From NCBI GenBank assembly GCA_951406725.2, contig OX597836.1:33604001-33668000 (forward strand): a stretch of DNA of 64,000 bases, in the 5' to 3' direction. Below, piece after piece: positions 51,061-64,000 of this stretch. The DNA is from Octopus vulgaris. Taxonomy: Eukaryota. Position 1 is the first letter of the stretch. Every line of letters begins with the position of its first letter. Under the pieces are notes generated by a model. It had not been told where the DNA came from. It saw only the letters and a program-made list of their open reading frames with translations, and did not search any database. The position numbers and the translations under genes are program-made.

Positions 51061-51699
51061 CCTGTTTCCTTGAGTTTGCAGGATCCATGGTGTGTGGGAA
51101 ATGCCATACGTTGATTAGTGAGTACTGGAGCAGCTCATTGTGTTAAAGGGGGGTGGCAATAGATTAGCCAGACGTACATAGTAGCATGCTCCAGGTGTAT
51201 TCCTGAAAACGATTGACAAGGTAACAGCCTGCTTCCCTAATATAAAGAATGCTGTAAAGTTTACAGGTAATGTAATTGTTGCGTGGACACCCCCAGACGA
51301 TGAAGTAGGCTAGCCCAATACATAGATATAGAGGGAGAAGCCTAGACATCAGGAGCACAGCAGACTAGAAGTAGGTCGAACAGAGTAGAGTAGTGAGTTG
51401 AGTTGAGTAGAGGTCATCCAAACGTGCGACATAACAGTAATATATGAAGTGGAAGATGTATAACAAAAGTTTTAGGTGAAGTAGTACTGTGACTTAGGCC
51501 TGGTGATTGCCATTATCAACATCACTTAACATCAGTTCTCCATACTGGTATGGTTTGGATAGGAGCTGGCAAAACCAGGAATCACACCAGATTCCATCCA
51601 GGAATCACACCAGATTCTATGGTCTACTTTGGTTTGGCTTCTACAACTCGATGCCTTTCCTAATGCCAACCGCTTCACAGAATGTACTGGGAACGTATT

Positions 51700-52000
51700 A
51701 CATGGCACCAGCACCAGTACAAATGCTTTTTATGTGACACCATACTTTTTCAGAAGGCACCAGCACTTCTTACAAAGCACTAGCACCAGTGCTTCTTATG
51801 CGGCACCAGCCATTTCCATATGACACCAGCCCTTTCCATGTGGAACCAGACTTTTCCATATGGCACGAGTAAAAGTTTTTTTTTTTTTGTGACACCAGCC
51901 TTTTTCATGACACCAGCACCAGTGCTTTTTACATGGCACTAGCACCAGCCATTTTCATGTGGCACGAGCCCGTTCCATGTGTAACCAGCACCAGTGCTGG
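51700..52000. repeat. Degenerate tandem repeat of GGCACCAGCACCAGTGCTTTT-like units, derived from family D
   Basis: Read directly; adjoins a family D minus-strand fragment. Confidence 0.65.
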
Positions 52001-53136
52001 TTATACATGGACCAATAGAATACACATTGACCAATAGAATACACATGGACCAATAGAATAAGTACTGGGCTTACAAAGAATAAGTCCTGGGGTCGAATTT
52101 TTCGACTAGAGGTGGTGCTCCAGCATGGCCGTCATCAAATGACAAACAAAAGAATATATATATATTCTTTCATTTTTTTCTTTTGTTTCAGTCATTTGAC
52201 TGTGGCCATGCTGGAGCATCGCCTTTAGTCGAGCAAATCGACCCCAGAACTTATTCATTGTAAGCCTAGTACTTATTCTATCGGTGACTTTTGCCGAACT
52301 GCTAAGTCACGGGGACGTAAACACACCAGCATCAGTTGTTGAGCGATGTTTGGAAGACACACACAGACACACACACACACATATATGATGGGTTTCTTTC
52401 AGTTTCCATCTACCAAATCTATTCACACGGCTTTGGTTGGCCCAAGGCTATATAGTAGAAGACACTTGCCCAAAGTGCCACGCAGTGGGACTGAACCCGG
52501 AACTATGTGGTTGGTAAACAAGCTACTTACCACAGCCATTTCTATATATATATATATATTTTTTTTTTTTTCTAGTTTCAGCTGAGAGCTGCGGCCATGC
52601 TGATGCACCATATATATGAGGGATGACTGGGTCCATGTTTTTGAATATGGTCTAAGTTTTATTTGTCCCTTTAAGAATACCCAAAAACTTGATCACCACC
52701 ACCACCACCGCCACTGCCACTGCTGTCCCCAACGCCACCACCACCTGCACATTAGGTACTTTCTTGCTTTGCTGTCTTTTCACTCCCCCACCCCTTCATA
52801 CTTCTTTCACCAATGCCAGCCCCTACATCTATCTAAATACAGTACCACCACACTACACTCCCTCCACCGCCATACTACTGCCACTTAGCCTACCCCCCAC
52901 ACCCACCCCACCTCACCCTGGACCAGGCTGGATTAACAAACCACTATCACAACAACAGTCAACACCAACCATGACCAACACCATGAAACCAGTGAGTTTT
53001 TTTTTTAATCTCAAGACAACATCACCAGCAGCAGCAGCAACAACACCATCATCAAAACAACCACTACCACAATCATCATCATCATCATCATCATCGGCAA
53101 AAGAAACACCACCACCACCACCATCACCACTAATAC

Positions 53137-53550
53137 CTATTTCTTTATTACCCACAAGGGGCTAAACATAGAGGGGACAAACAAGGACAGACATAGGTAT
53201 TAAGTCGATTACATTGACCCCAGTGCGTAACTGGTACTTATTTAATCGACCCTGAAAGGATGAAAGGCAAAGTCGACCTCGGCAGAATTTGAACTCAGAA
53301 CGTAACGACAGACAAAATACCTATTTCTTTATTACCCACAAGGGGCTAAACACAGAAGGGACAAACAAGGACAGACATAGGTATTAAGTTGACTACATCG
53401 ACCCCAGTGCGTAACTGGTACTTATTTAATCGACCCTGAAAGGATGAAAGGCAATGGTCGACCTCGGCAGAATTTGAACTCAGAACGTAACGGCAGACGA
53501 AATACCGCTAAGCATTTCACCAAGCGCACTAACGTTTCTGCCAGCTCACC
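53137..53550 (-). mobile_element. SINE family C dimer
   Basis: Reverse complement with the same junction as 10297-10712. Further multimers at 55116-55690, 59210-59530 and 63315-63826(-), plus a copy at 63830-64000(+). Confidence 0.87.
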
Positions 53551-56500
53551 ACTAATACCACCACTATCATAATCATCATCACCAACAACATCACAACCAC
53601 TACCACCACTAAAACCACCACCACCAACAACAACACCTTGATAGACTAAGAAATGTCAAGTTTTCAACCCACATCTCCAAGAGGTTTTTAGAACTACCCT
53701 TCAACCCTACCCCACCACCACCACCACAACCACCACCACCACCACGGCAGTAATAATGGAGGTGTGGGGAAGGGGAAGGTAAATGGATGAGGAAGTTGGT
53801 GGAAGCAGTGGTGGGGGTGGGGGTGGTGGTGTGGTGGCCCTTTTCTTTTTTCCTTGATAAGGGTAAGCACTTAATAATTTAGCTTATTAAATAAACCAAA
53901 ATAAGGAGGCAATGCCCTCTCTCCTCCTCCTCCCATCTCGATGGGGGAGGAGGAGGGGGTGTTTGGCATTAGGGTATAGCTGCTAGAAACCCTAGACCAG
54001 ACCAAACCCACCACCACCACCACCACTACAACAACTACCCCCTGTTAATCACCAACTATTTAATTACTTGTTTATTTATTTACTTATTTATTTTTACCAA
54101 ACAGAGACACTGTGGCATTTCCCCCACCCCACTTGCACTCTCCCTGCCTCAGTACATTATCTGTCCCCTGCTCTCACTTCTCCCCTTATATTTTCTACCT
54201 CTCACCACCACCACCACCACCAGAACCCTATTCTTCTCATCCACTTCTTATCTCAAACTTTTACCCCCAAATTCACCTCCACCACTGCCACCACCAGGGT
54301 ACCCTTGCCTCAAATAAGGGGTCTGCTTAGCTTTGTCCCTTTCATTACTTTCTAAAAGTTAACCAGCTACCACCACCACCACCACTTCTAACAACCATCA
54401 CCACTACTATCACTAATACCATCCCTCAACATCAATGCCAATGCCACCAGGGTACCCTTGCCTCTAAATAAGGGTTCTGCTTAGGTTTGTCCCTTTCATT
54501 GCCTTCTAAAAGTTAACCAGAATCAGCACTACAACAACAACCACCACCACTACAGCCAAAACCACCACCACTACAGCCACAACCTCTACTACTACTACCA
54601 CCATTATTATTACCACCACTCACCATCACTACCATTATCATCACCAACATCCTGGTAGACAAGGACAACTACCCACAACATCTTGAGACCTCCATTGTCC
54701 TCCTCTCCCCTTTCAATCATCATTCTAGATCCCTACTCATTCTTCTCCCCACTCCCACCCTACCACAACATGAACAACCATTGCTAAGTTTTAAGGGATG
54801 CTAAAACCCCTGCCCCCACCACACCCCTTGCTTTGCTTCTATCTTCACATCTCATCATTTACCCCACTCCCACCCTCACCCCAATAACTCCTTAACCAGC
54901 AGGAAACCCTGCTAAACAGCCACTAGGCAGGGCACTTCCTTCCACAGACCACAATAGCAATAATTCCCACCACCACCACTACCACCAGAAGAAACAATGA
55001 TAATCTGACCTGCTAGAAATAGCAGTCAAAAATCCTCTTCCTGCTAGCAGAATTGTTAGGACAACTGTGCGAAATGCTTAGTGATATTTCATCTGACTTC
55101 AGGTCCTGAGTGCCTAAGGCGGCGAGCTGGCAGAAACGTCAGCATGCTGAGCGAAATGCTTAGTGGTATTTCGTCTGCTGCTACGTTCTGAGTTCAAATT
55201 CTGCCGAGGTCGACTTATCCTTTCGGGGTCGATTAAATAAGTACTAGTTACGCACTGGGGTCGATATAATCGACTAAATCCGTTTGTCTGTCTTTGTTTG
55301 TCTCCTCTGTGTTTAGCCCCTTGTGGGTAGTAAAGAAATATATATTATACTTTTAAAAGGTGGCGACACCTAGGGACACCTAGGCCGATTGATCAGTATT
55401 TCGTCTGCCGTTACGTTCTGAGTTCAAATTCTGCCGAGGTCGACTTTGTCTTTCATCCTTTCGGGGTCGATTAAATAAGTACCAGTTACACACTGGGGTC
55501 TATATAATCGACTAAATCCGCTTGTCTGTCCTTGTTTGTCCCCTCTGTGTGTAGCCCCTTATGGGCAGTAAAGAAATAAGATCAACTTTACCTTTCATCC
55601 TTTCCGGGTCAATAAATTAAGTACCAGTGAAATACTGGGGTCAATGTACTCAACTAGTCCCCTCCCCACAAATTTCAGGCCCTGTGCTGCTAGTAGAAAG
55701 GAATCATCATCCTGCTACATGCACAGGCATGGTTGTGTGGTTAGGAAGCTCGCCTTCCAGCTATGTGGTCTCAGGTTCAATCCCACTGCACGGCACATTG
55801 GGCCATATGGTCTCCTAATATAGCCCAGGGTCAACCAATGCTTTGTGAATGAATGCTATAGACGGAAATTATGTAAGAAGTCCATTGCGTACATGCAGTG
55901 CAATTACTATAAAATCTGGAATTATGCAGCACTTGTCCATCTTCACAGAATTATTCCAATATTTTTGAAATGGGATGAGAATCTAAAAACCCTCTTGGGA
56001 CACCTAGGCCGAATGATCGGCCCAAGTGATACAAGCTGAAAGGACTTTGAGGTTGATCTATCGACCTGATGGAACAAATGTTGTGAATGCTTGAAATGTA
56101 ATAGCTAATCAGAGCTTGTCTTTCAGTAAATGTATCTCAATAGAAAAAAAAAAAAAAAATTGGTCTTTTTGGCTACACATACCAAAATACTGTGGTTAAA
56201 ATACTGATTAAAAAATCATCTTGATCAAATATTTTTCCTTTGAGTGTTCTGTATAAGCCAATTTTGTGATGTGGAGGCACATGGCCTAGTGTTTAGAGCA
56301 GCGGACTCGTGGTCGAGGGATCACGAGTTCAAATCTCAGACCGGGCGATGTGTGTGTTTATGAGGAAAACACCTAAGCTCTATGTGGCTCCGGCAGAAGG
56401 TAATGGTGAACGTCTGCTGACTCTTTCGCCACAACTTTCTCTCACTCTTTCCTCCTGCATCTTGTAGCTCACCTGCGATGGACCGGCGTCCCATCCAGGT

Positions 56501-58914
56501 GGTGAACCTATACGCCAAGGAAACCAGGAAACCGGCCCTTACGAGCCAGGAATGGCTCAAGAAGGAACAAATTTTGTGATGCATGCTAACAAGCTATTTG
56601 ACCATGGATAGAAAAGCGTTCCTTTTTCTGTCAAGGGCTTATATGGCCCTTTTATTAAACAAACATTTTCCTTAGTCATTGCACGGTGATCGCCATAAGC
56701 TTTAAGCTTATATAAAAATACCATTATTATTATTATTTACAGGATTGTGAACTCATCACTGTATAAAAAAAACCCATTTGCACAGAAAGCATATAGAAAG
56801 TTTGTTTACAATAAAAACAAACACGAACTATTATAGTTCTTAAATTTGACAGAAATGGGGAGGCTGATTTGCTGGTGTAAAGGTAATACACTTAGTCGCC
56901 TTAACAAAGGGATGTGGGTTCAACTCCCATGTGGACAGGAAAGCCTTCTTTTTCTGCTGAGGGCTTATATGCCCCTTTATTAGACTATTTTCTTTAGCCA
57001 TTTCGAGGTGATCGCTAGAAGCTTTAAGCTTATATAAAAACACCATTATTATTATTTGCAGGATTGTAAAGTACGGTGCCATATAACAAAACCATTCACA
57101 CCAAAAGCGTGTATATATATATATATATATATGTGTGTATAGAGTAATCCCTCACCAAATCACGGTGCACCTATAGCGGTTTATTATTTAACCGTTTGGT
57201 GTTTAAACCGGCCATATCCGGCCCAAATATTCTAAATGTTTTATATTCACACTGGCAATATCTAGTCTCTCACACCTAACCTACAATGTCATGCTAAAAG
57301 TAAACAATCACATCACTGAAACCACAAAGCTATAAGATAATGCATGATTAATTCAAAACAATTTGAGTGAAAAAGTATTATATTTAACAGAGTAATCTGA
57401 ACACTAAAGGGTTAAGCTTACATCAATTCCTCCGTGGTGTTGTTTTGCATTTATAATAAAATAAATACTATACAAATTATTAAAATAATTAAAAAAATAC
57501 ACAGTACTGTTTCCACTTCGCGGATTTTCACCTATTGTGTGTGTGTGTGTGGGGGGGGTTGGAATGTATCACTTGCAATAGTCGACAGATTACTGTGTAT
57601 ATATATCGGCACAGGTCTGGCACGTAAAAAGCACCCACTACACTCACGGAGTGGTTGGCGTTAGGAAGGGCATCCAGCCGTAGAAACATTGCCAGATCAG
57701 ATTAGAGCCTGGCTTCCCAGACCCCAGTTGAACCGTCCAACCCATGCCAGCATGGAAAGCGGATGCTAAACGATGATGATGATGATGATGATGTGTGTGT
57801 GTGTGTGTGTGTGTCCCACAACTGATTGACTTCTGGTGTTGGTGCGTTTGTGTCCCCATAACTTAGCAGTTTGGCAAAACAGACTGATAGAATCAGTACT
57901 AGGCTTTAAGAAAAAAAACATGTCCTGGGGTTGATTTGTACGACTAAAGCCCTTCAAGGCAGTGCCCCAGCATGGCCACAGTCAAATGACTGAAACAAGT
58001 AAAAGATAAAAAGATCATCATCATCCTCATCACACATCACTTTTCTGACCACAAATTTATCAGTTACTATCTCTGCCTTTCTAACCATGACCACCGCCAC
58101 CACAACCACCACCACCACCATTACCACTATTTTTATCTCTGCACATCCTCCCTCACTGCACCACAATCACCACCACCACCACCACCACCATCATCGTTAC
58201 TATTAACCCCGACCCCATCACCTCAAGCATTTTGACTCCACCTCCACCTCCATCATCGCTGCACCCTAACCCAAACACCTCTGCTCCTTATCTTTACTTA
58301 TCAACTGCCACCACGTAACCCTCATTAACACCACTGCTACAACGCCAACACCTTAGAGGCTTAATTGATGTGCCTGTTGCGCTTGATGTGCTTACCCGCC
58401 CCCACCCGTGTCCTAAAGAGCTTAATCACATGGGTGCATGAATGTGTGTGTGTGTGTGTTCTTATACATGTGTGAATATGTATCCCTAAATCAACAACAA
58501 ACAGACCCCATCCCCACAGCTGTCCTTCATTCTGTCCCCACCCACAACTCTGGGCCTTGGTTCTTCACTCCCCCTCCATGGCTCTGTCTCTCTCTCTCTT
58601 CGCTCTCTCTACCTTGCTTATCAAAAGCCAATATTTGGCACCTCTATCTTGAATTTCAATCCAAGAAAGATATTCTTCCTCATCTGCTGTGTGCTGAGAG
58701 GGAATGAATTCATCTCCCTTTTTAAACAAAGGACCTCTAAACTAACAAAGGTGCCTCAGCGCAGCCAGCTGACTTGCTAGAAACAGTAGCCAAATCTCCT
58801 ATTAATTATGTACTCTACCATATTAAAAAAAACGAACAGGACATACACAAAATATTGGGAATGCCTAAAAAGGCAGGGTGGCCACATTTGGAAAGATTTT
58901 GTTTGGTTTATTGT

Positions 58915-59208
58915 TCATACTAGCCTATTGTTAATATTAACATATAGTTGACAGTAGCCCACTATTGATGTAGCCTATAGATGATACCAGCCTATTGTTG
59001 ACTTTAATCCACTGTTGATTACAACAGCCTATTTTAATTCTAGCCTATTGTTGACATCAACCCAGTGTTACTTGTAGCCTATAGATAACAGCCTATTATT
59101 GATTATAGCCAATAGTTGACATCAGCCTATTATTGATATTAACTTATTGATATAAATGTTGCTGGTAGCCTATAGTTAACACCAGCCCACTGTTGCTCAT
59201 TGCCTATA
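58915..59208. repeat. Degenerate minisatellite of about 20 bp (AGCCTATTGTTGA core)
   Basis: Read directly. Confidence 0.8.
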
Positions 59209-59977
59209 ACTGAGTTCAAATTCCGCCGAGGTCGACTTTGCCTTTCATACTTTCAGGGTCAATTAGTAAGTACCAGTTATGCACTGGGGTCGATATAATC
59301 GACTTAATCCGTTTTTCTGTCCTTGTTTGTCTCCTCTGTGTTTAGCCCCTTGTGGGTAGTAAAGAAATAGGTATTTCTTCTGTCTTTACGTTCTGAGTTC
59401 AAATTCCGCTGAGGTCGACTTTGGCTTTCATCCTTTTGGGGTCGATAAATTAAGTACCGGTTGTGTACTGGGGGAAATCTAATCAACTGGCCCCCTCCCC
59501 CAAAATTTAGGGCCTTGTACCTAAGAGTAGAAAAGAATAGTTATTTTTGTTCTTTTGGTCAAACTATCGTATCTCCAGCTGCTTCAGATGCCAAAATATC
59601 AAAAAATTGTCAAAGTATAGTACAACGTTTTGGACTTACGACACTTTTGCATAATGGCAACGATATATATTTGCATTTTTGTGTCTTTGTGTCTGTGTTT
59701 GTCCAACCATCACTTGATTGTGAGATCATGGGTTCACTTCCACTGCCATGCAGTGGGACTGAACCCGGAACCGTGTGGTTCGTAAGCAAGCTACTTACCA
59801 CACAACCACTCCTACGCCTATCTGTCCAAATTTCTTTTAATGCACATCAATTAGTACACCACCAACTACCCAACTGAAATGCATAAATATATGATTGGAC
59901 TTTATCTTTTAATCACATTCTATATCTGACTATGTGCTGAGCTTTGATAGGAGTGGCTGCGTGGTAAGAAGCTTGCT

Positions 59978-60221
59978 TCCCGAGGCTATAGCAGAAAACA
60001 CTTGCCTAAGGTGCCAAGCAGTGGGGCTGAACCTGGAACCATGTGGTTGGGAAGCAAGCTTCTTTTATTCACCAGATTGACCATAAAAGCCTTACGAAGA
60101 AAGGAAAGGCTTTTATGGCCAATCTGGTGAATAAAAGAAGCTTGCTCCCCAACCACATGATTCCAGGTTCAGTCCCACTGCTTGGCACCTTAGGCAAGTG
60201 TTTTCTACTATAGCCTCGGGA
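59978..60221. repeat. Long fold-back inverted repeat (arms about 116 bp) built from SINE A plus a non-SINE core
   Basis: Arms pair with about 5 mismatches around the loop ACGAAGAAAGGA. Confidence 0.92.
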
Positions 60222-60636
60222 CAACAAAAGCCTTGCAAGGCGGATTTGGTAGATGGAAACTGAAAGAAGCCCATCGTGTATATGTATATACTACGGAGAG
60301 GTTGGCGTTAGGAAGGGCATCTAGCTATAGAAACACTGCCAAATCAGACTAGAGCCTGGTGCAGCCTCCATGGCTTACCAGACCCTGGTTGAACCGTCCA
60401 ACACATGCTAGCATGGAAAACGGACGTTAAATGATGATGATATATATATATATATGTGTGTGCATGTGTGTGTGTATGTGTTTGTGTGTCTGTGTTTGTC
60501 CCCCCCACCACCATCACTTGACAACCGATGTTGGTATGTTTACATCGCCGTAACTTAGCAGTTTGGCAAAAGTGACTGATAAAATAAGTACTAGGTTTAC
60601 AAAGATTAAGTTCAGGGGTCGATTTGTTCGACTATA

Positions 60637-61035
60637 GGCGCAGGAGTGGCTGTGTGGTAAGTAGCTTGCTAACTAACCACATGGTTCCGGGTTCAGTCCC
60701 ACTGCGTGGCATCTTGGGCAAGTGTCTTCTACTATAGCCCCGGGCCGACCAATGCCTTGTGAGTGGATTTGGTAGACGGAAACTGAAAGAAGCCCGTCGT
60801 ATATATATATATATATATATATATGCGTGTGTGTGTTTGTCCCCCTAGCATTGCTTGACAACCGATGCTGGTGTGTTTATGTCCCCGTCATTTAGCGGTT
60901 CGGCAAAAGTGACCGATAGAATAAGTACTGGGCTTACAAATAGAATAAGTTCCGGGGTCGAGTTGCTCGATTAAAGGCGGTGCTCCAGCATGGCCGCAGT
61001 CAAATGACTGAAACAAGTAAAGGAGTAAAAGAGAG
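60637..61035 (+). mobile_element. SINE family A (full length)
   Basis: Head, body and tail all present. Confidence 0.9.
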
Positions 61036-61266
61036 TCAAATGATTGCAACAAGTAACAGAATTTAGATGTCTCACACACACATCTAATCTTAGTTTCGTT
61101 TTGATATCCCAGATAAATCCATGTACAGCGTTCAGTGGATTCTCCAGCTGAGTATATACATCACGTTAAATCATGTATATACAGGAGAGAATTTATAGTC
61201 TTTTCTTCAAATGTTTTTTAAATCCATGTACAGTTTTTAGGAAACTCTCCTGCTGGTTGTGTGTGC

Positions 61267-61307
<41 letters not shown>

Positions 61308-61581
61308 ATCATCTATAAAGAGAATATGGATGTGTGTGTGTGTGTGTGAGAGACATGATATCACTGTCAAATCCAAGCATACTTCTCGGTACATTTTCCA
61401 AATGGAAGTGTACATTATGTATACACATAAACACACACATGTATACATACACACACAAATACATACATATATAAAATATACACATACACATACATATATG
61501 CATACATGTATACACACACATATATATATATAAATATATACACACACACATATGCATACATGTATACATACACAACATATT

Positions 61582-61625
<44 letters not shown>

Positions 61626-61675
61626 TACATACACACACACACATATATATGTATATGCATATATATATATGTATT

Positions 61676-61676
<1 letters not shown>

Positions 61677-61722
<46 letters not shown>

Positions 61723-61780
61723 GTAGGTAGGTAGATAGATACATAGATTATAGATAGATGGGTAGATAGATAGATAGATG

Positions 61781-61816
<36 letters not shown>

Positions 61817-61828
61817 CAGATAGATACC

Positions 61829-61884
<56 letters not shown>

Positions 61885-61894
61885 CAGACAGACA

Positions 61895-61929
<35 letters not shown>

Positions 61930-62010
61930 CCTAGACAGATAGATAGATAGATAGACAGATGGATAGATAGATGGGTAGATAGACAGACAGACAGAGATAT
62001 ATGATAGATA
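61677..62010. repeat. (GATA)n microsatellite
   Basis: Read directly. Confidence 0.95.
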
Positions 62011-62689
62011 TATGACTAAATTATCTATGTAGAGGAGATCATTTCTATACATACATACATACATGATATAATTATATACCTCTCTTAAATCCTGTTTAGT
62101 AATTACCCCCAGCTGGGTGTATATACAGAATTAAGTCAGCTTTACCAAGGGGATGATTTATATAAGTGCCACTCATTCACCTTGGCCCTCACCTCATCAC
62201 ATTCATAATCATCGCTGGATCGATTTGCTAGCGGAATCAGATCTTGGCAGAAGCACAGTGGAAGATTAATCCATTAGCTTTCAGATTACTCCATGGCTCA
62301 GTGGTTATAGTGCCAGGCTCACAATCATGAGGAAGTGAGTTCAATTCCTGGAGTGGGCTATGTGTTGTGTTCTTGAGCAAGACACTTTATTTCATGTTGC
62401 TCCAGTTCACTCAGCTGTTGAAATAAGTTGTACCATCACTGGTGCCAAGGTGTATCGGTCTTTGCCTTTCCCTTGGACAACATTGGTGGTGTAGAGCGAA
62501 GAGGCTGGTAACATGGGTGGTGTAGAGAGAAGAGGCTGGTCTTCCATAAACAACCTTGCAAGACTTGTGCCTTGGAGAGGAACTTTCTAGGGGCAATCCA
62601 TGGTCATTCATGACCAAAGGGAGGTCTGCCCTTACTCTGTCAAATCTGATTCTGATTTATTCACATCGTTTTACTTGTTTCAGTCATTT

Positions 62690-63295
62690 GTTACTGTCAA
62701 AATCAAAGAGCAAAAGGTATGTATTTCAACAGAAATTTGGTAAGAAAAGGTTAAAAGTCCAAATTTTTCAGCTAAAAACTTACCACCAAAATTTCAGATT
62801 AATTAACGTTCCAAACATCAAGTTCATAATGACAAAGTCATTCCAATAAATTCTTTGTTGTCTTCAAAATTAATTTGAAGAATGGCAGCATATATCAGTT
62901 GAAATATGGTAACAAAAGAGTTAAAGTTACCTAAATTAAAACTTCTCATCAATACTTCAAGTTAATTCTTCTTTACTTTCAAAGTAAATTGCAACAAAGA
63001 CTGCATTTTTCAACAGAAATCTCGTAACAAAAGGGGCTAAAATCCAGTCAATTCAGCTAAAATCTTCCCTCAAAATTACATGCTAAATCAGATTCTAAAC
63101 ACCAACTTGCAATTTACATCTTCATTATTTCTTAAATTAATTATAACAAACACAGTGCATTTCAACTGAGATATGGTAACAAGGATTAATGTAATCTAAA
63201 TTAAAACCGTTCATCAAAATTTCAAATTAATTTTTCTTTTATTATCAAAATTAATTGAAACAAAGAATCACTTTTTTTTTCAAAATATTGTTATT
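62690..63295. repeat. AT-rich degenerate repeats of piggyBac-like ends (TGGTAACAAAAGGGTTAA-like)
   Basis: The motif recurs near 62740, 62908, 63025 and 63175. Confidence 0.55.
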
Positions 63296-64000
63296 TCTAC
63301 ACCAATAGTAATATTTATTTCTTTATGGCTCACAGGGCGCTAAACATAGAGGGGACAAACAAGGATAGACAAATAGATTAAGTCGATTACATCGACCCCA
63401 GCATGTAACTGGTACTTATTTAATCGACCCTGAAAGGATGAAAGGCAATGTCGACTTCAGCAGAATTTGACCTCAGAATGTAACTCAGATGAAACATTTC
63501 GCTAAGCATTTCGCCCGGCATGCTAACGATTCTTATTTCTTTATTGCCCACAAGGGGCTAAACATAGAAGGGACAAACAAGGACAGACAAACGGATTAAG
63601 TCGATTATATCGACAACGATGCGTAACTGGTACTTAATTTATCGACCCCGAAAGGATGAAAGGCAAAGTCGACCTCGACGGAATTTGAGGTCAGAACGTA
63701 ACGGCAGACGAAATACCTATTTCTTTTATTGCCCAGAAGGGGCTAAACACAGAGGAGACAAACAAGGACAGACAGACGGATTAAGTCGATTATCTCGATC
63801 CCAGTGTGTAACTGGTACTTATTTAATTCAAGGCGGCGAGCTGGCAGAAACTTTAGCATGCCGGACGAAATGCGTAGCCGTATTTCGTCTGCCGTTACGT
63901 TCTGAGTTCAAATTCCGCCGAGGTTGACTTTGCCTTTCATCCTTTCAGGGTCGATAAATTAAGTACCAGTTACGCACTGGGGTCAATGTAATCGACTTAA

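Noticed and set aside
51141-51436. Possible solo LTR (TGTTA...TAACA)
   Set aside because: No matching 4-6 bp TSD, no PBS or PPT, and no second copy in the window.
58330-58760. Unique islands with TAAT/ATTA motifs as enhancers (also near 48830, 53870 and 62100)
   Set aside because: Such motifs are expected by chance in AT-rich DNA; conservation or chromatin data would be needed.

Overview
This is AT-rich eukaryotic DNA packed with repeats. It has dense (TA)n/(CA)n/(TATG)n microsatellites and several high-copy tRNA-derived SINE families that I recognise as octopus-type; the species is an inference from those repeats. No intact protein-coding gene is present, and the ORF track consists almost entirely of translated microsatellites and SINEs. 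The only real protein homology is to decayed transposons: a CR1-clade LINE 3' end, an RTE LINE 3' end and three mariner remnants. Other content: TTAA-flanked piggyBac-like MITEs, hAT and Tigger-like MITEs, two Helitron-like elements, Penelope-like termini with hammerhead motifs, a truncated tRNA-Glu and several satellites. Strong minus-strand splice signals suggest the window is mostly intron or 5'UTR of a long minus-strand transcript: exon-like segments at 35505-35648 and 27670-27744, and an AG|GTAAGT recursive-splice-like site near 4425. The most interesting observations are a minimal hammerhead ribozyme plus a variant-core family, a TSD-flanked non-coding RTE-derived element with a pseudoknot-capable 5' end, the recursive splice site, recurrently multimeric SINEs and several long fold-back hairpins. 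SINE family labels A-D are my own. Repeat boundaries are approximate (about +/-10 nt), and only representative copies of each family are listed.
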